A stretch of DNA of 64,000 bases, from contig JAXHVD010000002.1 of NCBI GenBank assembly GCA_034189385.1, positions 29,662 to 93,661 of the forward strand. Direction: 5' to 3'. Under the pieces are notes generated by a model. That model made no database searches. It saw only the letters and a list, made by a program, of their open reading frames with translations, and was not told where the DNA came from. Every line of letters starts with the position of its first letter. Position 1 is the stretch's first letter. Positions 49,003-59,040 of the stretch are shown in pieces. This DNA is from Thermodesulfobacteriota bacterium (GTDB taxonomy: Bacteria; Desulfobacterota; Desulfobacteria; Desulfobacterales; C00003060). The translations under genes and the position numbers were made by a program.

Positions 49003-49587
49003 GTGAATGAGGATATCCTGGATGAGAAGAGGCTCGTCTCCTTGCTAAAACAAGGGCAGGAGGAAGGATTTCGCCTGCTTGTTCGACAGTATCAAGCCAG
49101 CCTCCTCAAAATAGCCTATGGTATTACCCTAGACAGAGAAGAAAGCCTGGATATCATACAGGAAGTCTTTCTCAAGGTGTACAACAACATCCAAACCTTC
49201 AGAGAAGCATCGAGGCTTTCCACGTGGCTCCATCGCATTACTGTCAACCAGTGCCTTAACTGGAGGAGAAAATGGAAGCGGAGGTTCAGGTGGCATCATA
49301 AATCCATTGATGAAGAGGGGCTGTTTGACCACCCCGCCTTGGGAACGAGCGATTATGATCCGGAGATCCTCTACCAGAACAGGGAGATGAGAGAAACGCT
49401 TTTGGCTGCCCTGAAAAAGCTCCCCAAAGAGGCAAGGGCCGTGTTTGCATTGAGGGAACTGGAAGGTCTTTCCTACGATGAGATTGCCAAGGTGTTGAAC
49501 ATCAAAAAAGGAACGGTCAGTTCCCGGCTCTTTCACGCGCGCAAGATGCTAAGACAGGGGCTGAAGCCTCATCTCGAACAAGTGTGA
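49003..49587 (+). CDS. ECF RNA polymerase sigma factor
   Basis: DIIQEVFLKVY, STWLHRITVNQCL, LRELEGLSYDEIA..GTVSSRLFHAR; start GTG 49003 (or TTG 48988). Confidence 0.95.
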   Translation: MNEDILDEKRLVSLLKQGQEEGFRLLVRQYQASLLKIAYGITLDREESLDIIQEVFLKVYNNIQTFREASRLSTWLHRITVNQCLNWRRKWKRRFRWHHKSIDEEGLFDHPALGTSDYDPEILYQNREMRETLLAALKKLPKEARAVFALRELEGLSYDEIAKVLNIKKGTVSSRLFHARKMLRQGLKPHLEQV

Positions 49588-49865
49588 TCAAACAACAAGG
49601 GGGCAATATGTGACAAACTCTTTTACATGACAAAGCGCATCTGTTATGACCAAACTGAGTCTGGGAAGGCTTTGGACAACCCCTTCTGACTTGGTTCTGT
49701 GTAACCTTTTTGATCTGCCAGGGCGGACCGCTCATCCCGACGGAGTCGGGAATGGGTACCACAAAAAACCCACAATGGACGTTCGAAAGAGTTGTGGAAG
49801 GGTCTCTCTGGGACAATGGGGCGCTCTATTCTTACGTACCTGCGTGCGTTCGACAGGGGAACTGG

Positions 49866-50315
49866 ATGGCACTCAAAAGACTCAACTATTTGGTTTTATT
49901 AGTTATTATTGGGGCTATATGGCCAGTTGCTCTGTGGGCAAGGGGCAATATTGCCATTGATGTCAAGACGGTGCTGGCATCTCAGAAATCGGAAGACTTG
50001 GATCCCAGGTTATCGTCCTTAGTAAAGGAACTCCAGTCTGTGTTCCGATATTCTTCATACCGGCTTCTAGGTGAGGACCGTGTAGATCTGACCATGAAAG
50101 AGACCGGTACCGTTTTCCTGCCTGGAAATCGGGTCCTAAAGATGACCCCTATGAAGATTGCAGGAGATAGAATTGAACTAAAACTTGTCATCCTGAAGAA
50201 AAAAAAGCAGATATTCGAAACCCTCATCAAACTTCTGAACCACACAAGCCTTACCGTGGGAGGACCCAAGCACCAAGACGGTGTTCTCCTCTTTAACATT
50301 TCCGCCTCCTTCTAG
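49866..50315 (+). CDS. Exported hypothetical protein of the ECF module
   Basis: Signal peptide; DPRL..L.KELQSVFRYSSYRLL, VGGPKHQDGVLL; lies between sigma and anti-sigma. Confidence 0.75.
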   Translation: MALKRLNYLVLLVIIGAIWPVALWARGNIAIDVKTVLASQKSEDLDPRLSSLVKELQSVFRYSSYRLLGEDRVDLTMKETGTVFLPGNRVLKMTPMKIAGDRIELKLVILKKKKQIFETLIKLLNHTSLTVGGPKHQDGVLLFNISASF

Positions 50316-50801
50316 TCTCCTGCCAAGGGGCCAAGGCAGCCGAATAATTGGGCTGTTACCCAAAGAAAAAACCCTTTCAGTGGTTTATTGAAGCGTTTTT
50401 TGTGAACAAATTTTGGCAAAGCGCAAGACAAGCGATGTCAACTCGTTGAGCCTGCAAGGCAAGTATAGCGCAAAGGTTGCGCCTGACGGCTTGAAGAGCG
50501 CCACGACATGCGACATCGCCTGAAGGGAGCCTTGGTCGTCAATTGAGGCTTCAGAACAGACGAAAAGGAATTTGGGCAACAGCCCGACACGGGTGACCCC
50601 GTCGCACAAAGACAGAACCCCAATGGAGTGAAAACGATCTTTCATCCTTTGGACCAATCCACAGCAAGGCTCTGTGCAAACACCATGTGACACTCATGAA
50701 GCCTCCAGCCCCGTTCACAAATCTCTTTTTCGAGTGAGTTTTTTTAAAAGACCGGTGTCTAATAGAATAGAACGCCACATCTGTGAGGCAAAAGGACGAT
50801 T

Positions 50802-51293
50802 ATGAGCCGAAATATGTGTGATGAGGAGTTGTTAAGCCGCTTTTTTGATCAGGAACTCGGACCGGAGGAGTCTGTCCATATGAGGGAACACGTGGATCAT
50901 TGTGCTTCCTGTCAAAAAGCCCTTCAAGAGAATCAGACCCTCTCAGTCCAGTTTAAAACTGGTTTGGATCAAGGGCTTTCTGGTGTTGACCTTGGAAAGA
51001 TTGAAAAAAACGTAATCGCGGTGATCTGTAGACAAGACGTCCAGTGGTGGATGGGACTGAGGGATCTGCTTTTTTCCAAAAGATTCTTTTTCCCTGCCGC
51101 AGCCATGGCCGTTGCGCTTCTCTTCTTCACATTGTTCAAACCGCCGGCATCTATACCGGGCCCCAGCGCTATCGTAAGCTCTTTCGAGGGCGATGTGGCA
51201 TCTGTCATGATCTTGGAGACACCAGAATCGCACCAGACCATCCTCTGGATTAGCGAGAATGTGACTTCTGCCGGGGACAATGGCAATGGATAG
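50802..51293 (+). CDS. Anti-sigma factor with zf-HC2 domain
   Basis: LSRFFDQEL, HVDHCASC (HxxxCxxC), single TM, short extracytoplasmic domain; AAGGA RBS. Confidence 0.88.
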   Translation: MSRNMCDEELLSRFFDQELGPEESVHMREHVDHCASCQKALQENQTLSVQFKTGLDQGLSGVDLGKIEKNVIAVICRQDVQWWMGLRDLLFSKRFFFPAAAMAVALLFFTLFKPPASIPGPSAIVSSFEGDVASVMILETPESHQTILWISENVTSAGDNGNG

Positions 51294-51404
51294 TGCTGAA
51301 ACAATGGTTGATCTTTTGGCATGAAGCCTTTACATGCCACCTCATGGGATGAGGTGGCGTGACAAGAGTTAATGGACTCAAAAAAATCTCTGTAAAGGAG
51401 GAAA

Positions 51405-51866
51405 ATGGAGCTTATGAAGAAGAGAGTATTGCTCGTGTTGATGGTTTCAGGCTTGGGCGTGGCCTTTCTATTTGCCGGTGTCTATGCCACGCAACAGGCG
51501 CCTGACAATGTCACCATGCATTCACCGGTCTTTGAAGAGCACAAGAAGGCCCTCGTGACATTTACCCACAAGAAACACAATGTGGACTACAAGATCGCCT
51601 GCGCAGACTGCCATCATGTGTACAAAGATGGGAAGAATGTGTGGAAAGAGGGTGATGAAGTCAAGAAATGCATGGCCTGTCACAGCGAGGCCAAGGCCCC
51701 AAAGCCAAAGGAAGGTGCGCCCAAGCTCAGCAAGGCAGAAAAGATCAAGAAGTACTACTACTCAGCCATACATGAAAACTGCGTGGGCTGTCACAAGGCC
51801 TTAAAGAAAGAAGCGAAGCCTACAGGTCCCACGGCCTGTAAGGAGTGTCATCCCAAGAAGCAGTAA
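51405..51866 (+). CDS. Tetraheme cytochrome c3
   Basis: Signal peptide; FTHKKH; four CxxCH motifs (CADCH, CMACH, CVGCH, CKECH); Lys-rich; AAGGAGG RBS. Confidence 0.93.
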   Translation: MELMKKRVLLVLMVSGLGVAFLFAGVYATQQAPDNVTMHSPVFEEHKKALVTFTHKKHNVDYKIACADCHHVYKDGKNVWKEGDEVKKCMACHSEAKAPKPKEGAPKLSKAEKIKKYYYSAIHENCVGCHKALKKEAKPTGPTACKECHPKKQ

Positions 51867-51882
51867 CGCTCAAAGACTAAGG

Positions 51883-51920
51883 ATAGGGTGGGGGTCCCTT
51901 ACGGACCTTACCCTATTTTC
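51883..51920 (+). terminator. Rho-independent terminator after cytochrome c3
   Basis: ATAGGGTGGGGGTCC / GGACCTTACCCTAT stem followed by TTTT. Confidence 0.65.
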
Positions 51921-52082
51921 TGGAATCATCTGTGGCGGTAGCGCGCCAAACTAGGGGTGTCGCCCATAAACGTGGTCAGAACATCGTCTTAGGCCCATGA
52001 TCTTAATGCTACCATGGTGCTGGCATCAGACAGGAAGACAGGCTTGACGTGCCAATCAATGATCACAGGTGAGCAGACAGCG

Positions 52083-52940
52083 TTACAAGACCCCGCGGTA
52101 AAACGCCAGTTGTCTTGCATGGGGTTCGAATCGCCGGGCGAGATCCGATTTTTCCTTGGCACTGAGGGGTTCTTCTTTTCGACCTGCCTGTGCCAGTGTC
52201 TTGACCTCCTCTATAGTTGAACAGCCAACAATAACGACCGTTGTGTCGTAGGACAGGGCGCATCTGATGAGTTCTTCTGGTGTGGTCTCTAACTGGGGAT
52301 GGATGTAATAAGAGGCACCCAGGACTTTCATGGCGATGACGGCCCTGCCCTTTTTTTGGGCTGCAGGGAAGGTTGAGGTGAGAAAACCGCCAAGCACGAC
52401 TTCCACCGGGTTGACGGGCATCATCACTGTATCTACTGGCCACTCGATAACCGCCCTGGTTAAGACGGCAGGGTCATGATGCCCGGTGACCCCAATGAAA
52501 CGGACCTTGCCAGAGGCTTTGGCTTCCACAAAGGCTTCTAGGGCCCCGCCAGGGCCTGAGATGACGTTTAGATCCTCATCAGTTCTCAGGTCATGAATCT
52601 GCCACAAATCCAGATAACTGGTTCCCAGGCGATCAAGCGTGCTTTCAAGGTCTCTCAAGGCCCCTTGGCGATCCCGGCTCGCCGATTTGCTGGCCTGGAA
52701 GATCCTGGTCCGCTCATCAGGAAACTCCCGCCAAACAGAACCATAATAGACTTCGCTATCGGCGTAAACATGGGCTGAGTCAAAGTAGGTGATGCCCTGG
52801 GCGATGGCCTCCTGGATGACCGTCCGGGCCTGGTCGATCTTTCCATAGGTACGCAGGATCCCTTCACCGCCCAACCCGATTGCCGTGACCTTTTGACCTG
52901 TTACGCCGAATGGTCTCATTGGCATAGCCGTACCGCCCAT
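52083..52940 (-). CDS. Aldo/keto reductase
   Basis: IGLGG, GITYFDSAHVY, ASK, YLDLWQIH, VRFIGVTGH, AMKVLG; start after GAGGAGG. Confidence 0.92.
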   Translation of the reverse strand: MGGTAMPMRPFGVTGQKVTAIGLGGEGILRTYGKIDQARTVIQEAIAQGITYFDSAHVYADSEVYYGSVWREFPDERTRIFQASKSASRDRQGALRDLESTLDRLGTSYLDLWQIHDLRTDEDLNVISGPGGALEAFVEAKASGKVRFIGVTGHHDPAVLTRAVIEWPVDTVMMPVNPVEVVLGGFLTSTFPAAQKKGRAVIAMKVLGASYYIHPQLETTPEELIRCALSYDTTVVIVGCSTIEEVKTLAQAGRKEEPLSAKEKSDLARRFEPHARQLAFYRGVL

Positions 52941-53178
52941 GGCCCCCTCCTCTGCAGAGAAATCCATGTTGACATCCCATTCTTCAGATTATAACAGTAC
53001 TATATCAAAACGATTTTTCAAATTGCATAGGGATAGAGGCTGGAAAAGCCCTTTCTCGCCTCCGGCTTCACAGGACAAGCACAGCCCGTCATGGGAGAGG
53101 CTGGGGTGAGTTGAAGGATGGAGGGGAGATTTGTTTAAGCTATCTAAGACAATCAGGGAACATTGGGACAAAAAAGAC

Positions 53179-54066
53179 ATGTCATTTAAAGAGAATAGGT
53201 TAAAGGTCGGCCGAAATGACCCTTGCCCTTGCGGCAGTGGCCTGAAATACAAGAAGTGCTGTCTTGGGAAAAAGAGCCCCCCTTTTGAAAGCCTCAAGGA
53301 TCTGTACTTTCAGAAGCACAAGATCCGTCTTAAAGCTCGAGGAGACATTGAACATATCAGAACGGCAGGACGTCTGGCCCTGGAAACCCTGGATTTGGCC
53401 GAGGAGGCCATCAGGCCAGGGATCACGACCGATGAGATCAACACCCTGGTCCATGAATTTACGCTCAAAAGGGGTGCCATTCCTGCCCCCCTCAACTATA
53501 AAGGCTTTCCTAAGAGTGTATGCGTTTCTGCCAATGAAGTCATTTGTCACGGGATTCCTGGGGACAGGGTCCTAAAGGAAGGAGACATTGTCAATGTAGA
53601 TGTCACTCCTATCTTAAATGGATATCATGCCGACACCAGCAAAACCTTTTTCGTTGGAAAACCGGGTGCGAAGGCAAAAAGGATCGTTACCGTGGCTCGA
53701 GAGTGTTTGAGAAGAGGCATGGAAGAAATACGTCCCGGAAACACCGTGGGAGACATAGGTTGGGCCATTCAGACCTATGCAGAAGGGGAGGGCTGTTCAG
53801 TGGTGAGAGAATTCGTGGGCCATGGTGTCGGGTTTGAGTTTCATGAACCCCCTCAGATTCCCCACTACGGTCAGAAAGGAGAAGGGGTTGCCCTGGTTCC
53901 AGGCATGGTGTTCACGGTGGAACCCATGATCAACTTGGGCAAAAAAGACCTTCGGATTTTGGAAGACAGGTGGACAGCCGTGACAGCCGATGGGTCCCTT
54001 TCTGCCCAGTTTGAACAAACGATCCTTGTTACGGTGGATGGCTTTGAAAGCCTCACCCCTTTTTGA
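53179..54066 (+). CDS. map: Type I methionine aminopeptidase with N-terminal SEC-C motif
   Basis: [18 protein letters not shown]; [38 protein letters not shown]. Confidence 0.96.
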   Translation: MSFKENRLKVGRNDPCPCGSGLKYKKCCLGKKSPPFESLKDLYFQKHKIRLKARGDIEHIRTAGRLALETLDLAEEAIRPGITTDEINTLVHEFTLKRGAIPAPLNYKGFPKSVCVSANEVICHGIPGDRVLKEGDIVNVDVTPILNGYHADTSKTFFVGKPGAKAKRIVTVARECLRRGMEEIRPGNTVGDIGWAIQTYAEGEGCSVVREFVGHGVGFEFHEPPQIPHYGQKGEGVALVPGMVFTVEPMINLGKKDLRILEDRWTAVTADGSLSAQFEQTILVTVDGFESLTPF

Positions 54067-54167
54067 CTGAAACCAAGGTTTCCGCTGGTCTCCACCCACC
54101 GGAGCGGAGCCTGCCTCTATGGGACGAACGGATCCCGCTTTAAACCATCCTTATCAGACATAATACC

Positions 54168-55085
54168 TTGATTTCCCGCTTTGTAGAAGAGGCCAAGAAT
54201 TTAGGGTTTGTAGCTGTGGGCTTTTCCAGGCCCCAAAAGCCTTTGTTCTTTGATCAATTCTGTTCATGGGTCAGTGCCGGCAAGCATGGAGAAATGGCCT
54301 GGCTAGAACGGTATCAGGAATTGAGAGAGAATCCAACGGGGCTCTTGGCGGGTTGCCAGACAGTGATCTCCTTGGCCTATCCCTACGGCTCGAAGAAGCC
54401 GATGACCCCTGACGGTTTTACTGTGGCAAGATATGCAGAACCGCGCAAAGCGGACTATCACGATCGGTTGAGGAGACTGGCCCGGCAGTTGATCCATGAC
54501 CTTGCCGACAGGTATCCGGGAAGTAAGACAAGGATCTGTGTTGATTCGGCGCCCATTCTTGAAAGGAGCTTCGCCTATGCGTCGGGCATGGGGTTTATTG
54601 GGAAAAACAATATGCTCATTGTCCCTGGTCATGGGTCATATGTCTTCCTGTTGGAGATTCTTACTACGGCCCTTTTGCCGCGGTCGACGAGTCCGCCCAT
54701 GGAAACCCAATGCGGCTCCTGTACCCGATGCGTAGATCTTTGTCCCACTGGGGCCCTTGAAGGTCCCTTTTCTATAAATGCCTCAAAATGCCTGTCGTAC
54801 TTGACCATTGAGTATAGCGGGGCAATCGACCGTCAGACAGGAAGAAAAATGTCACGCTGTTGTTTTGGTTGCGATGTCTGCCAGGAAGTGTGTCCGTTTA
54901 ACCAGGGCCGGTCAGCAATGGATCTTTGCCTGCCGTCAACAGACGAGATCCTAGCCATGGGGAAAAGGCATTTTGAGAGGAGGTTTGGCAACACTGCCTT
55001 TGCTCGAGCAGGCCTGGAAAAGGTGAAGGCCAATATCAGGGCTGTGAGATCTCAATCCCCCCGTTCATTTTCAGAGCCACCCTGA
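54168..55085 (+). CDS. queG: Epoxyqueuosine reductase
   Basis: HGEMAWL, ARYA..DYH, VDSAPILER, IGKN, CGSCTRCVDLCP, CLSYLTIE, GCDVCQEVCPFN. Confidence 0.92.
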   Translation: MISRFVEEAKNLGFVAVGFSRPQKPLFFDQFCSWVSAGKHGEMAWLERYQELRENPTGLLAGCQTVISLAYPYGSKKPMTPDGFTVARYAEPRKADYHDRLRRLARQLIHDLADRYPGSKTRICVDSAPILERSFAYASGMGFIGKNNMLIVPGHGSYVFLLEILTTALLPRSTSPPMETQCGSCTRCVDLCPTGALEGPFSINASKCLSYLTIEYSGAIDRQTGRKMSRCCFGCDVCQEVCPFNQGRSAMDLCLPSTDEILAMGKRHFERRFGNTAFARAGLEKVKANIRAVRSQSPRSFSEPP

Positions 55086-55091
55086 AAGACT

Positions 55092-56024
55092 ATGATGGAG
55101 TGTGTACTTCTCGGTTCAGGGGGCATGGCGCCCATGCCCTACCGCTCACTGACCTCCCTGGCTGTCCGCCACCAGGGAGATCTCTATCTCTTTGACGCCG
55201 GGGAAGGGGCTCAGGTAGGTCTTAAAAAGGCCAAGTTAGGCATTAAGGCCCTTCGGGTCCTTGCGATCAGCCACCTGCATGGAGACCATTGCCTGGGTGT
55301 ACCAGGGCTTCTCATGATGAGAGCTCAGGTGCCGGAGCCCGGTCCTCTCACCATCCTTGGGCCTTCGGGGATCAAGGAATTCATTTCACATCTGCACCAG
55401 TCTCTGGGCTTTTTCCTCAACTATCCAATGGAGTTCGTGGAATGGAACGAGGCTGCCTCTCATGTGGCTTATGAGGATGAAAGGGTCCGTATCCTTTGGA
55501 GGCCTCTAAAACATACCAGCTTCTGCCTGGGGTATCGTCTTGAAGAACACCCCCGTCCAGGGAAGTTCAGAGCCCAGGCGGCACAGGCCCTTGGCGTGCC
55601 AAGTGGCCCCATGTGGGGAGAACTGCAAAGGGGCAATGAAGTGATCTTGAAAGATGGGACCAGGATCTCTCCGAATCAGGTCTTGGGCAGTTCCAGACCA
55701 GGGCGTCAGGTGTGTTATGCCGTGGACACCCGACCAAGCAAGGACCTGTATCGCCTTTGTGAAGATGTGGATCTGGCCTTTCTGGACGGTATGTTCCTTC
55801 CAGAACACGAGGCAGAGGCAGAGGCCAAGGGGCATATGACGGTAGATGATGCTGCCCGTGTGGCTTCCAGGGCAGGCGTTGGCCGGGCGGTCCTTGTGCA
55901 CATCAGCCCCCGGTATCGGGAGGAAGTGCTGGAAGAACTCACCGCTGCGGCAGTCAAGAGATTTGAAAATGCTGAGATGGGCCGCGACCTTCAGTCATAC
56001 CTTGTTGACCTGAAGAACGAGTGA
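55092..56024 (+). CDS. rnz: Ribonuclease Z
   Basis: LGSGGMAP, FDAGEG, SHLHGDH, exosite PGKF..GVPSGP..LQRG, DTRP, GHMT, HISPRY. Confidence 0.93.
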   Translation: MMECVLLGSGGMAPMPYRSLTSLAVRHQGDLYLFDAGEGAQVGLKKAKLGIKALRVLAISHLHGDHCLGVPGLLMMRAQVPEPGPLTILGPSGIKEFISHLHQSLGFFLNYPMEFVEWNEAASHVAYEDERVRILWRPLKHTSFCLGYRLEEHPRPGKFRAQAAQALGVPSGPMWGELQRGNEVILKDGTRISPNQVLGSSRPGRQVCYAVDTRPSKDLYRLCEDVDLAFLDGMFLPEHEAEAEAKGHMTVDDAARVASRAGVGRAVLVHISPRYREEVLEELTAAAVKRFENAEMGRDLQSYLVDLKNE

Positions 56025-56067
56025 AGCTCAGCGATCCGGCAGCGGAATAGGTGGTTGAAACATAATA

Positions 56068-56367
56068 CCTCAGATTGCACACGTATCACCTTTCTGAAAT
56101 AACCGGTAAAAATGTGCCAAAGTCTCTGGAAAACCGAAGGGCTCTGGTTTGGACTTTTCTATCCAATGGGAGCCTCGGGATGGAGAAATCCGCTTCTCTT
56201 CGGCCTCCAATGCCTTCAGTAGCTGTGCGGAGATTGTAGGTGGCAATGGCTGTAGACCTTCGTTCAGCGAATTTCTCCATCCCTCTGTTGCCAGATTTGG
56301 GGGGTGCCAGTCTTGATACACCTGCTGTTGGTGAAAACGAGTGATGCGAAACTAGAGGCACTATCAC
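56068..56367 (-). mobile_element. Degenerate IS fragment (C-terminus of a DDE transposase, IS4/IS5-like)
   Basis: ORF remnant with YNLRTATE (Y-x2-R-x3-E) ending next to CTCAGATTGCACA; imperfect inverted copy TGCGAAACTAGAG at 56345-56357. Confidence 0.35.
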
Positions 56368-56579
56368 CGGGTCATGGCACGTGTCAGCCCCATTGCTATT
56401 TCCTTGGGTTTTGAGAAATGAAAGATATCGGTTTGGGTAAAGGCCGACGAGTGATTATATTTTTGTGACATGGTATTTTCTCTCAAAGGGGGACAGGGCC
56501 GAAAGGAGACAGGCACAGGGCCCAGAAAGCTTTCGGTCACGATAGCAACACCTGCGGCGATATGAGAGGAGGGGATCAC

Positions 56580-56777
56580 ATGACAACGGTGAAGATAAAA
56601 GGGATGTCGTGCAATCATTGTGTCATGGCCGTTACCAAGGCCCTAAGGGAGATCGACGGGGTGAAAGACGTGGAAGTTGACCTCAAAAAAGGTGAGGCCA
56701 CCTTTGACGCCACAACGTCCGTCCACATGGACATGGTGCGTACAAAGATCAAGAAGGCAGGCTATGACGTTGACTGA
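56580..56777 (+). CDS. copZ: Copper chaperone (HMA domain)
   Basis: GMSCNHC, 65 aa, AGYDV C-terminus, GAGGAGG RBS. Confidence 0.92.
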   Translation: MTTVKIKGMSCNHCVMAVTKALREIDGVKDVEVDLKKGEATFDATTSVHMDMVRTKIKKAGYDVD

Positions 56778-59001
56778 TAAAGTCACCCTGAACATCGGCG
56801 GTATGACGTGCGCAGCCTGTGTCCGGCGGATAGAGACTGCCTTGAACATGGTGGACGGGGTGGATAATGCTTCTGTAAACCTTGCTACGGGAAAAGCAAC
56901 GGTCATCCACCACTCAGCTTGGGCCGGCTTGGAAGAACTGAAAACCGTCATCTCTGACGCCGGGTTCGAGTTGCTGGGTATTTCAGAACAGGCCCTTGAG
57001 GACTCTGCACAGCTGGCACGGGAAAGGGAAATAAAAGAGCTGAAGGTGAAGTTCTTTGTGGGCCTGGCATTGAGTGTCTTTGTTTTTGCTGGTTCCATGC
57101 AAGACTGGTTTCCCTTCCTTCGGCCGATTCCGAGACAGGTGATGCTTTTTTGTGTCTTTGGGCTCACCACCCCTGTGGTCTTCTGGGTCGGGGGCCGGTT
57201 CTTTTCAGGGGCCATCAAGGCTGCTAGACAAAGGACCTCAGACATGAACACCCTGGTGGCAGTGGGCGCCCTTTCCGCTTATCTCTATTCCACTGTGGCC
57301 ACCTTCTTTCCGAATGCTTTTGCAGGTGCAGGTGTGGCTCCCCATGTCTATTTCGACGGGGCGGCTATGATCATCACACTGATCCTTTTGGGCCGGCTGC
57401 TGGAGGCCAAAACCAAGGGAAAGACCTCCCAGGCTATCAAACGGCTCATGGGGCTCAAGCCCAAGACTGCCTGGGTCATAAGGGACGGCAAGGGAATGGA
57501 TATCCCCATAGAGGCCGTGACAAAAGGGGACCTCCTATTGGTGCGGCCCGGGGAGAAGATCCCCACAGACGGAGTCCTCGTCTCAGGATCATCTTCAGTG
57601 GATGAATCCATGCTCACGGGAGAAAGCGTTCCTTTGGTCAAGGGGGTGGGAAACGAGGTCTTTGCGGCGACCCTCAATAAGAGCGGGAGCTTCACCTTTC
57701 GGGCGACCAAAGTCGGGGCTGAGACAGCGCTTGCCCAGATTATCCGACTGGTGGAAGAGGCACAAGGATCGAAAGCCCCCATTCAACGGATTGCCGACAA
57801 GGTGGCATCCATTTTTGTGCCCGTGGTTTTTGGGATTGCCGTCCTGACTTTTGTCGTCTGGTACTTCCTCGTGCCAGAGCCCGTATTCAGCCGTGCCCTC
57901 CTCAATTTTGTCTCCGTCCTGATCATTGCATGTCCCTGTGCCATGGGCCTGGCAACACCCACAGCAGTGATGGTGGGTACGGGTCTTGGGGCAGAAAACG
58001 GTATCCTGATCAAAGGTGGAGAAAGCCTGGAAAAGGCGTACAAACTCACTACAGTGGTTTTTGACAAAACAGGCACCTTGACCAAAGGAGAGCTTGAGGT
58101 TACAGACGTAATTACCGCAGAAGGGGTGGAGCAAGAAGCGCTTCTAAGGGCCGCCGTTTCTGTTGAGGCTGTTTCGGAACATCCCCTGGCACAAGCCGTA
58201 GTGGAGAAAGGACGTCAGCAAGGAATCCTTCCCGGGGCCGTGACTTCCTTTGAAGCCATATCAGGGCTGGGGGCAAAGGCTGTGCTACATGGCAGCAAAT
58301 GCCTTGTCGGAAACGGGCGGTTCATGGAAAAAGAGGGCATGAAGATCAATGGCCTGTACCAAGAGGGAAAAAGGCTGGCCAACGAGGGCAAGACCTGTGT
58401 CTTTGTAGCAGAAGGGGACCGTGCCATAGGTCTCATTGGCCTTTCAGATGTGCCCAAGGATTCAGCTGGCGAAGCGGTGACTGCCCTGAAGGCCATGGGC
58501 TTGGAAGTGGCCATGATCACCGGCGATAATGAGACCACTGCCAGGGGCGTAGGCCATGCCGTTGGCATCCATGAGATAATGGCCGAAGTGCTTCCTGGTG
58601 AGAAGGCAGCGGCAATAACGCGTCTAAAGGCCGAGGGAAAGACCGTAGCCATGGTAGGAGACGGCATCAACGATGCCCCTGCCCTGACAACGGCAGACAT
58701 CGGGATTGCCATCGGTGCCGGGACGGATGTGGCCATGGAGGCCAGCGATATTACCCTGATCAGAGATGACCTGCAATCCGTTCCCGCAGCCGTGCGGCTT
58801 TCCTTTCAGGCCATGAAGGTGATCAAACAGAACCTTTTTTGGGCCTTTTTCTACAACAGTCTTGGGATTCCTATTGCAGCGGGCGCCCTATATCCATTTT
58901 TTGGAATCCTGTTGAATCCTGTCTTTGCGGCAGCGGCCATGGCCATGAGTTCCGTTTCCGTGGTCAGCAATTCGCTCCGTCTTAGAAACTCATGGCCCTA
59001 G
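56764..59001 (+). CDS. copA: Cu(I)-translocating P1B-type ATPase
   Basis: [33 protein letters not shown] and MxxSS Cu+ signatures. Confidence 0.96.
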   Translation: MTLTDKVTLNIGGMTCAACVRRIETALNMVDGVDNASVNLATGKATVIHHSAWAGLEELKTVISDAGFELLGISEQALEDSAQLAREREIKELKVKFFVGLALSVFVFAGSMQDWFPFLRPIPRQVMLFCVFGLTTPVVFWVGGRFFSGAIKAARQRTSDMNTLVAVGALSAYLYSTVATFFPNAFAGAGVAPHVYFDGAAMIITLILLGRLLEAKTKGKTSQAIKRLMGLKPKTAWVIRDGKGMDIPIEAVTKGDLLLVRPGEKIPTDGVLVSGSSSVDESMLTGESVPLVKGVGNEVFAATLNKSGSFTFRATKVGAETALAQIIRLVEEAQGSKAPIQRIADKVASIFVPVVFGIAVLTFVVWYFLVPEPVFSRALLNFVSVLIIACPCAMGLATPTAVMVGTGLGAENGILIKGGESLEKAYKLTTVVFDKTGTLTKGELEVTDVITAEGVEQEALLRAAVSVEAVSEHPLAQAVVEKGRQQGILPGAVTSFEAISGLGAKAVLHGSKCLVGNGRFMEKEGMKINGLYQEGKRLANEGKTCVFVAEGDRAIGLIGLSDVPKDSAGEAVTALKAMGLEVAMITGDNETTARGVGHAVGIHEIMAEVLPGEKAAAITRLKAEGKTVAMVGDGINDAPALTTADIGIAIGAGTDVAMEASDITLIRDDLQSVPAAVRLSFQAMKVIKQNLFWAFFYNSLGIPIAAGALYPFFGILLNPVFAAAAMAMSSVSVVSNSLRLRNSWP

Positions 59002-59040
59002 TTGAGAAGCGGGTAGCCGTTTCCATCGGCTCCTGGCCTG

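Noticed and set aside
50565-50615. c-di-GMP-I riboswitch-like stretch (GGGCAAC...GCACAAAG)
   Set aside because: It lacks the GGCAAAC / GNRA-loop / GACGCAAAGC arrangement and the P2-P3 geometry.
53179-53270. SEC-C motif fused to methionine aminopeptidase as a novelty
   Set aside because: The fusion is real but, to my knowledge, a common architecture in this lineage.
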